Below are positions 21,750 to 28,916 of a DNA stretch of 64,000 nt, piece after piece (position 1 is the stretch's first letter; every line of letters begins with the position of its first letter). The translations under genes were made by a program, and so were the position numbers. The notes beneath the pieces are model-generated. The model was not told where the DNA came from and made no database searches. It was given only the letters and a program-made list of their open reading frames with translations. Source of the stretch: a bacterium (lineage in GTDB: Bacteria > Bacillota > Clostridia > Oscillospirales > CAG-272); assembly GCA_004558975.1 (NCBI GenBank), contig SFZB01000002.1:2836-66835 (forward strand), written 5' to 3'.

Positions 21750-22013
21750 CTAACTCCTCTCCTTTTCGACTGCCGGCAGAATGGTATCACGGAAGAAGTC
21801 GCCGAAGGTCTCGGGGGTGATGCCGGTATAGATCACGTCATTGACCGTAATCGTGACCCCGATCCGATTGCACTTCCCGGCGCAGAAACTGCCGGAGAGG
21901 ACGATCTCGTCCTCGAGGTGGTTTTTCTGGACTGCCGCTTCCAGAAGGGAAACGATCTCGGGGGCACCTTTGAGGTGGCAGGAGCTCCCGACGCAGACTT
22001 GTATGAACACCAT
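21750..22013 (-). CDS. Thioredoxin-like [2Fe-2S] ferredoxin-domain protein
   Basis: VCVGSSCHLKGA...FCAGKCN four-Cys pattern (Cx4C...Cx3C), 87 aa. Confidence 0.8.
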   Translation of the reverse strand: MVFIQVCVGSSCHLKGAPEIVSLLEAAVQKNHLEDEIVLSGSFCAGKCNRIGVTITVNDVIYTGITPETFGDFFRDTILPAVEKERS

Positions 22014-22019
22014 GGCGCT

Positions 22020-22259
22020 TTACGCTTTCGCGAGGATTTCTTTCACAAAGAAGTCCCTCACGGTCTCGGGGGAGACGGAGAAGAACGCGTCGTCCACGGT
22101 CACGCAGACACCCTCCTGGCATCTGCCCATGCAGAACGTGCCGCCGAGCTCGACCTTGTCCTTGAGTCCGTTCTCCGAGATGAGATACTGGAGGGTCTCA
22201 ACGACCTGACGTGCGCCTTTGAGGTGGCAGGAACTGCCGATACAAACCGTAACTTTCAT
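22020..22259 (-). CDS. Thioredoxin-like [2Fe-2S] ferredoxin-domain protein (tandem paralog)
   Basis: VCIGSSCHLKGA...FCMGRCQ, 79 aa. SD aaagga. Confidence 0.8.
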   Translation of the reverse strand: MKVTVCIGSSCHLKGARQVVETLQYLISENGLKDKVELGGTFCMGRCQEGVCVTVDDAFFSVSPETVRDFFVKEILAKA

Positions 22260-22284
22260 GATACATTCCTTTCGTATAAAGAAT

Positions 22285-22317
22285 CATAAAAATGCGCCGG
22301 GCGTTGCCGCCCGGCGC
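22285..22317 (-). terminator. Intrinsic terminator/attenuator between the kinase gene and the [2Fe-2S]-hydS operon
   Basis: gcgccgggcg / cgcccggcgc 10-bp stem with a 4-nt loop. On the minus strand it is followed by aTTTTTa, only about 25 nt before the next ATG. Confidence 0.6.
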
Positions 22318-22330
22318 GGCAGACAGGCTG

Positions 22331-23080
22331 TTAGTCGTAGTCGACGACGTTCACCCAGGAGAGCAGGAACTGGCGCTCTTTCTCGTTGCCCTTCACAGAC
22401 TGGGAAGCGGCGACGATCGGCATCCATTTCTGCACGTACTGCTTCGCGGTATCGCTCTTCTTGCAGAAGAGATCCAGATAGGCGTTCGCCCCCTCGATGT
22501 CTCCGGCGAGCCAGAAGAGCAGGTAAGTGCGGGCGACGTCCGCAGAGGCGTTGCCCTGCGTGACGTGCGACCAGTCGAGAATGTACGGCGTGCCGTCCTC
22601 GGCGATGATGATGTTCGAGGGGTTGAAGTCACCATGGCAGACCTTGTTGTGCTTCGGCATACTCTCGAGGCGGGTATGCAGGTCGTAGCGCGTGGTGGCG
22701 TCCAGATCGGCGGCGCTGATCTTGCGGTTCATCTTATCTTTCAGCTTGGTGAGCAGGGGGCAGGTGTGGCTGTGCACATCCATCTGGAGGTCAACGAGCA
22801 GTTCAAGGTACTCATGCTTTTTCTCCGGGTGCTCCTCCATGAGCTGCGCCAGGGTCTTCCCCTTGATGTACTCGGAGACGATTGCCCACTTGCCGTCGAC
22901 GGTGAGAACCTCTTTGATCTTCGGGATCCGAATGCCGGTCTCCTCGATCCGCGCCTGGTTCAGCGCCTCGTTCAGAATATCCGCTTTGGAATAATCGCTG
23001 TCAAACACTTTGATACAGTCGGCACCGTCGCGGTACACGGTCTTGTTGTTTCTGACCGCAATAACTCTGTCCAGTTTCAT
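22331..23080 (-). CDS. APH/choline-kinase-fold protein kinase-like protein (copy 1)
   Basis: Brenner motif CHGDFNPSNIII and ILDWSHV (metal-binding Asp). Start re-picked at ATG 23080 (MKLDRVIAV). Lies 18 nt after the adhE stop. Confidence 0.75.
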   Translation of the reverse strand: MKLDRVIAVRNNKTVYRDGADCIKVFDSDYSKADILNEALNQARIEETGIRIPKIKEVLTVDGKWAIVSEYIKGKTLAQLMEEHPEKKHEYLELLVDLQMDVHSHTCPLLTKLKDKMNRKISAADLDATTRYDLHTRLESMPKHNKVCHGDFNPSNIIIAEDGTPYILDWSHVTQGNASADVARTYLLFWLAGDIEGANAYLDLFCKKSDTAKQYVQKWMPIVAASQSVKGNEKERQFLLSWVNVVDYD

Positions 23081-23098
23081 CGTATCCTTTGACACTCC

Positions 23099-25810
23099 TT
23101 ACTGTTTCTTTTTCGCGGTGTTTTTACGGTAAACACGCTTGAAATCTTCTGCGTCCGGGGTCTCGATGACCTGGGATTCGTCGGGTTTCTTCACTTCGGT
23201 GAAGGTCTTGCCGTAGTAAGCGTCGAGGTACATCTGCTTGATCTCGCTCATCAGCGGGTATCTCGGGTTCGCACCCGTGCACTGGTCGTCGAATGCCTGC
23301 TCGGTCATCGCGTCGAGGCGGGCGAGGAAGTCCGCTTCGTCCGGCACGTAGTCACGGATCGTGGGCTTGATGCCGACGCGCGCCTTGAGGGCGTCGATCG
23401 CGGCGATGAGGTTCTCCAGCTTCTCCTCGTTGTTCTTACCGGTGATGCCGAGGTAGTCGGCGACTTCGGCGTAACGGGCGAGGGTGTGCGGGTAAGCATA
23501 CTGCGAGAAGGTGCCCATCTTGCTCGGGACTTCCGCGGCGTTGAAACGCAGCACTTCGTCGATCATCAGCGCGTTGGCAATGCCGTGCGCGATGTGGTGG
23601 AAGGCGCCGAGCTTGTGTGCCATGGAGTGGCAGACACCGAGGAAGGCGTTCGCGAATGCCATACCTGCCATGGTCGCGGCGTTCGCCATCTTCTCTCTCG
23701 CCTCGATATCGGTCTGACCGTTATCGTAAGCACGGGGCAGGTAGGTGAAGATCGTCTTGAGGGCGCGGAGCGCCAGACCGTCGGTGTAGTCGGTCGCCAT
23801 GAGGGACGCATACGCTTCGAGCGCGTGGGTCACGGCGTCGATACCGGAGGCGGCGGTCAGACCGCGGGGCGCGGACATATGGAAGTCGGTGTCGATGATT
23901 GCCATCTTCGGCAGGAGTTCATAATCGGCGAGCGGGTACTTGACACCCGTCGTCTCATCGGTGATGACGGCGAACGGCGTCACTTCGGAACCGGTACCGG
24001 CAGAGGTCGGGATTGCGATGAAGTATGCCTTTTCGCCCATCTTCGGGAAGGTGTAGACACGCTTTCTGATATCCATGAAGCGCATTGCCATGTCGAGGAA
24101 GTCGACTTCCGGGTGCTCATACATGACCCACATGATCTTGCCGGCGTCCATCGCGGAACCGCCGCCGAGGGCGATGATGACATCGGGGGCGAAGGCGGTC
24201 ATCTGCTTCGCGCCTTCCTTCGCGCAGGCGAGGGTCGGGTCGGGGGCGACGTCGAAGAAGGTCGCGTGCTGGATCCCGAGTTCATCGAGCTTATCGGTAA
24301 TCGGCTTGGTGTAGCCGTTGTGATAGAGGAAGCTGTCGGTGACGATGAATGCCTTCTTCTTGCCCATGACCTGTTTCAGTTCGTTCAGGGCAACGGGCAG
24401 GCAACCCCGTTTCAGATACACCTTCTCGGGTGCGCGGAACCAAAGCATATTCTCTCTCCTCTCGGCGACGGTCTTGATGTTGATGAGGTGTTTGACCCCG
24501 ACGTTCTCGGAGACGCTGTTCCCGCCCCACGAGCCACAGCCCAGCGTGAGCGAGGGCGTGAGTTTGAAGTTGTAGAGGTCGCCGATACCGCCCTGGGAGG
24601 ACGGGGTGTTCACGAGGATACGGCAGGTCTTCATGCGTTCCTGGAATTCCGCGAGTTTCGCCTTTTCGGTCACGGCGTTGAGGTAGATCGAGGAGGTGTG
24701 ACCGTAGCCGCCGTCCGCAATCAGGCGCTCTGCCTTGGAGAAGGCGTCCTCAATGTCCTTCGCACGGTACATGGCAAGGACAGGGGAGAGTTTCTCGTGC
24801 GCGAACTCTTCGGAGAGTTCAACGCTCTCGACTTCGCCGATGAGGATCTTCGTCCCTTCGGGGACTTCAATGCCGGCGAGGGCGGCAATCTTCTGCGGGC
24901 GCTGACCGACGATCTTGGCGTTCAGAGCGCCGTTGATGATAATGGTCTTTCTGACCTTCTCGGTCTCTTCGGGGTTCAGGAAGTAGCATCCGCGCGCCGC
25001 GAATTCCGTCTTGACGGCATCATAGACGTCGTTCAGGACGATGACGGACTGCTCGGAGGCGCAGATCATACCGTTATCGAACGTCTTGGAGTGAATGATC
25101 GAGTTGACGGCGAGCGTGATGTCTGCCGTGTCGTCGATGATGGCGGGCGTGTTGCCGGCGCCGACGCCGAGGGCGGGCTTACCGGAGGAATACGCCGCTT
25201 TGACCATGCCGGGGCCGCCGGTCGCGAGAATGATGTCGGCTTCCTTCATAATCAGGTTGGTCATTTCGAGCGAGGGAGAATCAATCCAGCCGATGATGCC
25301 CTCCGGCGCGCCTGCCTTGACAGCCGCTTCCAGAACGACCTTCGCCGCGGCGATCGTCGACTTCTTGGCTCTCGGGTGCGGGCTGATGATGATGCCGTTA
25401 CGGGTCTTGAGGCAGATCAGCGTCTTGAAGATGGCGGTGGACGTCGGGTTGGTCGTCGGAATGACGGCGGCGACAAGACCGATCGGCTCCGCAATCTTGC
25501 GGGTGCCGTAGGCGGTGTCCTCTTCAATCACGCCGCAGGTCTTGGTGTTCTTATAGGCGTTGTAAATGTATTCGGCGGCGTAGTGGTTCTTGATGACCTT
25601 ATCCTCGACGACGCCCATGCCGGTCTCTTCGACCGCGAGTTTGGCGAGGGGGATACGCGCCTGGTTGGCGGCGATGGCGGCGGCGAGGAAAATCGCGTCC
25701 ACCTGCTCCTGGGTGTAGGTGGCAAACTTCCGCTGTGCCTCGCGGACACGGGCGATTGCCGCTTCGAGCGACTCCACACTGTCAACTGTCGGATAGATTT
25801 TTTCTTCCAT
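23099..25810 (-). CDS. adhE: Bifunctional acetaldehyde-CoA/alcohol dehydrogenase
   Basis: About 900 aa with an N-terminal ALDH domain (..MICASEQS..) and a C-terminal iron-ADH domain (GGGSAMDAGK, HSMAHKLG). Start at ATG 25810 with SD gaggag. Confidence 0.97.
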   Translation of the reverse strand: MEEKIYPTVDSVESLEAAIARVREAQRKFATYTQEQVDAIFLAAAIAANQARIPLAKLAVEETGMGVVEDKVIKNHYAAEYIYNAYKNTKTCGVIEEDTAYGTRKIAEPIGLVAAVIPTTNPTSTAIFKTLICLKTRNGIIISPHPRAKKSTIAAAKVVLEAAVKAGAPEGIIGWIDSPSLEMTNLIMKEADIILATGGPGMVKAAYSSGKPALGVGAGNTPAIIDDTADITLAVNSIIHSKTFDNGMICASEQSVIVLNDVYDAVKTEFAARGCYFLNPEETEKVRKTIIINGALNAKIVGQRPQKIAALAGIEVPEGTKILIGEVESVELSEEFAHEKLSPVLAMYRAKDIEDAFSKAERLIADGGYGHTSSIYLNAVTEKAKLAEFQERMKTCRILVNTPSSQGGIGDLYNFKLTPSLTLGCGSWGGNSVSENVGVKHLINIKTVAERRENMLWFRAPEKVYLKRGCLPVALNELKQVMGKKKAFIVTDSFLYHNGYTKPITDKLDELGIQHATFFDVAPDPTLACAKEGAKQMTAFAPDVIIALGGGSAMDAGKIMWVMYEHPEVDFLDMAMRFMDIRKRVYTFPKMGEKAYFIAIPTSAGTGSEVTPFAVITDETTGVKYPLADYELLPKMAIIDTDFHMSAPRGLTAASGIDAVTHALEAYASLMATDYTDGLALRALKTIFTYLPRAYDNGQTDIEAREKMANAATMAGMAFANAFLGVCHSMAHKLGAFHHIAHGIANALMIDEVLRFNAAEVPSKMGTFSQYAYPHTLARYAEVADYLGITGKNNEEKLENLIAAIDALKARVGIKPTIRDYVPDEADFLARLDAMTEQAFDDQCTGANPRYPLMSEIKQMYLDAYYGKTFTEVKKPDESQVIETPDAEDFKRVYRKNTAKKKQ

Positions 25811-25848
25811 AATGCACTCCTCTGATTTATATCTGTTCATCATTGTGA

Positions 25849-26463
25849 TTAACCGATTTGATTGAGCTGCCCGGACAGGGCGGCAAGAGACGACGCGAGG
25901 TCCTCGTTACGGACCAGCACGCCCTCCGGCGGACGCAGGCGCCGCCGCGAGAAGTTCCAGACCGCGCGGATCCCGTTCTCCGTCATAAGACGCAGCACGT
26001 CGTCCGCAGACGATTCCGGCACCGTGATGATGCCGATCGCGGGATGCTCTCTTTCACAGAAAGCGGCGAAGTCCGAAAGCGGCAGGACGTTGCCGCCGAT
26101 CTTCGCAGGGTCGGTATCGAACGCCGCACGGATGGTCAACGCGTACTCGGCGAAGCCGCCGTACCCGAGCAATGCCTGCCCGAGCCGACCCGCACCGACG
26201 AGAACCGCCGTGTTTTCCGTGTGAGCGCTGAGGTAAGTAGAGAGGTGTTCGATCAATTCTTCGGTGACGTACCCCACCTTCGGTTTCCCGGCGCCGCTCA
26301 CGATGCCGAGATCCTTCCGTACCTGCACGTCGCCCAGCCCCAGCGCATTCGCGATGACGGTCGCCGAAACCGTCCGCCCGACGCCCGATGCAGGGTCACG
26401 CAGATACCCGAGGTAGAGGGGGATACGTTCCATCACCGGTTTGGTGATGCCCATTCTATTCAT
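25849..26463 (-). CDS. rex: Redox-sensing transcriptional repressor Rex
   Basis: ERIPLYLGYLR...ISATVIANALGL..VQVRKDL (winged helix) followed by VLVGAGRLGQALLGY (Rossmann). Start at ATG 26463 with SD aaggagg. Confidence 0.93.
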   Translation of the reverse strand: MNRMGITKPVMERIPLYLGYLRDPASGVGRTVSATVIANALGLGDVQVRKDLGIVSGAGKPKVGYVTEELIEHLSTYLSAHTENTAVLVGAGRLGQALLGYGGFAEYALTIRAAFDTDPAKIGGNVLPLSDFAAFCEREHPAIGIITVPESSADDVLRLMTENGIRAVWNFSRRRLRPPEGVLVRNEDLASSLAALSGQLNQIG

Positions 26464-26495
26464 GAGATCCTCCTTTGCTCCGCTCTTACAAGTAT

Positions 26496-26524
26496 ATTCT
26501 ATCGGAGACGGGGGGATTTTGGAA
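26496..26524 (-). promoter_or_regulatory. Candidate rex-adhE promoter
   Basis: Minus strand reads TTCCAA, 17 nt, TAGAAT. The -35 is weak. Confidence 0.35.
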
Positions 26525-26536
26525 TAACGATTTTCG

Positions 26537-26562
26537 TATATCGATATATCAATGTCGATATA
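26537..26562. promoter_or_regulatory. AT-rich inverted repeat just upstream of the candidate rex promoter
   Basis: TATATCGA-n10-TCGATATA (perfect 8-bp arms), containing the palindrome ATATCGATAT. Confidence 0.35.
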
Positions 26563-26565
26563 GCG

Positions 26566-26601
26566 AAAAATCGGTCGTGTGAGGGCGCCCGCACGACCGA
26601 T
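26566..26601 (-). terminator. Rho-independent terminator of the LysR gene
   Basis: atcggtcgtg / cacgaccgat stem. On the minus strand it is followed by TTTTT. Confidence 0.7.
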
Positions 26602-26605
26602 CCGG

Positions 26606-27532
26606 TCAGGAGAGATATTTGCGTTTGGAGAGACAGAGCTCCGTGATAAAAAGGTTGTCGAGGGTCGTGAGGCGATAATCCTTCGGATGGATGAGGACGT
26701 CGCGGTAGAGCTTGGTGTTGCAGGGGCAGCGCTTCTGCACGAGGCGGTAGCGCGAGAGCAGCTCGTCGGGGACGGGGGCGACCCACATGAAGGTCTCCGG
26801 GTTGCAGGACAGGAGCTCAAACTGGCTGGCGCGCTCAAAGACGAAGATGCGGCGCTTGACGTTGTCCGGGATCTCCTCTTTCCGCACTTCGGAGAGGGAA
26901 AGAGTCGGGACGAAGGGGTCGGCGTGCGTCAGTTCGATATACGGCGAGAGGTCGTCGAAATCGATCGTCTCGCGCTCCGCGAGCGGGTGGTTCTCGCTCA
27001 TCACGAGGACATAGGAAAATTCGGCGACGAGCTCGCTCTCGAGGCTCTTTTCCTCAAGCAGTTCACGGAAATAGCGGTCGTGATGGGAGGCGTAGCGAAT
27101 AATGCCGAGTTTGTAATCGGCATTCACGATATTGTTGATGGCGCGCAGGGCGTTCGTTTCCTTATAGAAGATATCAACGGGTTCGTTTTGGGGGAGCTTC
27201 TTCGTGAACTCTTCAAACGCGCTCGCGATATAGCTCGAGCGCGGCACCGAGACGGAGAATTTCTTCTTGCGGCTCTCGCCGTGGCGGAAGATGTCCTCGA
27301 CCTCGTCGACCTGTGCGAGGATATTGCGCGCGTATTGCATGAAGCGTTCGCCGTCCGGCGTGAGACGCATCCCCTTGGACGTGCGCTCGAAAAGGACGAT
27401 GCCGAGCGAGAACTCCAGTTCCTTGATGGCGCGGCTGACATTCGGCTGCGCCACATACAGCGCTTCCGCCGCCCGGTTGATGGAGCCGGTGCGCGCGACC
27501 TCGACCGCGTACTTCAGGTATTGCAGATTCAC
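26606..27532 (-). CDS. LysR-family transcriptional regulator
   Basis: NLQYLKYAVEVARTGSINRAAEALYVAQPNVSRAIKELE is an HTH. Start re-picked at GTG 27532 (SD aggggg 7 nt upstream) rather than the ORF-track start. Confidence 0.88.
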   Translation of the reverse strand: MNLQYLKYAVEVARTGSINRAAEALYVAQPNVSRAIKELEFSLGIVLFERTSKGMRLTPDGERFMQYARNILAQVDEVEDIFRHGESRKKKFSVSVPRSSYIASAFEEFTKKLPQNEPVDIFYKETNALRAINNIVNADYKLGIIRYASHHDRYFRELLEEKSLESELVAEFSYVLVMSENHPLAERETIDFDDLSPYIELTHADPFVPTLSLSEVRKEEIPDNVKRRIFVFERASQFELLSCNPETFMWVAPVPDELLSRYRLVQKRCPCNTKLYRDVLIHPKDYRLTTLDNLFITELCLSKRKYLS

Positions 27533-27615
27533 GTGTTGTCCCCCTTTTTCGACTGCTTTCACGTTCCTGATATGATTTTAGCACATTTTTGTCCCGGTTA
27601 CAACGCACAATTTTT

Positions 27616-27648
27616 CCAAGTTTCACGAAAATCGGGAAACCGGCTTGG
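27616..27648. promoter_or_regulatory. Candidate LysR-type binding site in the divergent lysR/kinase intergenic region
   Basis: CCAAGTTTC-acgaaaatcgg-GAAAC-cgg-CTTGG, an interrupted dyad with an 11-nt core spacer (T-N11-A style). Confidence 0.3.
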
Positions 27649-27699
27649 TTGTTTTTTCCCGAGGGGGGCAAAAGTCGGCGGCGACACGCGAAAAAAGCA

Positions 27700-27728
27700 T
27701 TGATTTCGGGCGCCGTATCCTTTATACT
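27700..27728 (+). promoter_or_regulatory. Promoter of the second kinase gene
   Basis: TTGATT, 17 nt, TATACT. Confidence 0.5.
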
Positions 27729-27782
27729 GAAAATGTAAAAAACGCGCCGGACGGCGCGGAACGAATCTTTGGGAGGTACCCG

Positions 27783-28538
27783 ATGGGAAACGAACAGATG
27801 ATTGCAAAACGCCCGAACAAAGTCATCTACCGTGACGGTGACACGACGGTCAAACTCTTTGACCCCACCTATGCCGCGGCGGATGTGCTGAACGAGGCGC
27901 TCAACCTCGCCCGCGTGGGTGACGCCGACACGCCCCTGCATATCCCGCGCCTGAAAGAAGTGACCAAGATTGACGGTCAGTGGGCGATCCTCTATGAGTA
28001 TGTGGAGGGGGAATCGCTCGCGAACCTGATGATGGCACACCCCGAGAAATACGACGAATACCTGAATCTGTTCGTGGATCTGCAGATGCTCGTTCATAAA
28101 CAGTGCGTACCCCTGCTCTCCAAGCTGCGGGATAAGATGCAGGGCAAGATCAGCGCGAGCGGTCTCGACGCGACCCTGCGGTACGAACTGCATACCCGGC
28201 TCGAGGGGATGCCGCGGCACAATAAACTCTGTCACGGGGATTTCAACGCCGCGAACATCATCATCACGGCATCGGGTGATCCCTACATTCTCGACTGGTC
28301 GCACGTCACGCAGGGTAATGCCTCGGCGGACGTCGCGCGCACCTACCTCCTCTACTGCCTGAAAGGGCTGAACGAGGAGGCGGAGCGGTATCTCTCCCTC
28401 TACTGCCGGAAGAGCGATACGGCGCGGCAGTATATCCAGAAGTGGATGCCCATTGTCGCGGCGTCGCAACTGGTCAAGCGCAAGCCCGAGGAGCGCGAGT
28501 TCCTGACTTCCTGGGCGAGCGTGGTGGAATACGAATAA
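27783..28538 (+). CDS. APH/choline-kinase-fold protein kinase-like protein (copy 2, paralog of 22331-23080)
   Basis: CHGDFNAANIII, and blocks shared with copy 1: PYILDWSHVTQGNASADVARTYLL and QKWMPIVAASQ. ATG 27783 with SD gggagg. Confidence 0.75.
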   Translation: MGNEQMIAKRPNKVIYRDGDTTVKLFDPTYAAADVLNEALNLARVGDADTPLHIPRLKEVTKIDGQWAILYEYVEGESLANLMMAHPEKYDEYLNLFVDLQMLVHKQCVPLLSKLRDKMQGKISASGLDATLRYELHTRLEGMPRHNKLCHGDFNAANIIITASGDPYILDWSHVTQGNASADVARTYLLYCLKGLNEEAERYLSLYCRKSDTARQYIQKWMPIVAASQLVKRKPEEREFLTSWASVVEYE

Positions 28539-28627
28539 TCCGCGATCGCGGCGCACCTGAAGTGCGCGCCGCCCCGGGCGAGTCTCCGGGCGACAGCCTC
28601 TCGAAGAACGCACAAAAACGCAAAGAA

Positions 28628-28660
28628 ACAAGGGGCGCCCGCCGGGCGCCCCTTGTTTGT
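28628..28660 (+). terminator. Rho-independent terminator after kinase copy 2
   Basis: acaaggggcgccc / gggcgccccttgt 13-bp stem with a 3-nt loop, then ttgt. Confidence 0.65.
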
Positions 28661-28839
28661 CCGGGGGTATTTTTGTCTGCAGGGCGCAGGCCTTTCCGGC
28701 GGGCGGGGCAGGGGGTGCCCGCCGGGTGCCGGCGACCGCCGCGGGGGAAAAGGATCGGGAGCAAATCTCCGCGGTATGATTATAATTATAATTTATAATG
28801 AAGAAGTAAAACTTCATAAAAAAGTTACCCCGCGCGTGA

Positions 28840-28868
28840 TTGACATTAAAAATACAATATGTTAGAAT
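28840..28868 (+). promoter_or_regulatory. Consensus-like promoter of the SGNH hydrolase gene
   Basis: TTGACA, 17 nt, TAGAAT, inside an AT-rich island of about 140 bp. Confidence 0.55.
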
Positions 28869-28916
28869 ACGATTTACGATTGCCGTGACGGCAGATATCC
28901 CGACGGAGGTGACAAT

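Noticed and set aside
25841-25851. A Rex operator half-site (TCACAA) at the rex stop / adhE upstream junction.
   Set aside because: There is no partner TTGTGA at the right spacing. The 38-nt gap is mostly SD and spacer.
28680-28760. A G-quadruplex-like run (GGGCGGGGCAGGGGGTGCCCGCCGGG) after the kinase 2 terminator.
   Set aside because: One loop exceeds the usual 7-nt limit. G-runs are frequent in this GC-rich genome, and there is no positional argument for function.
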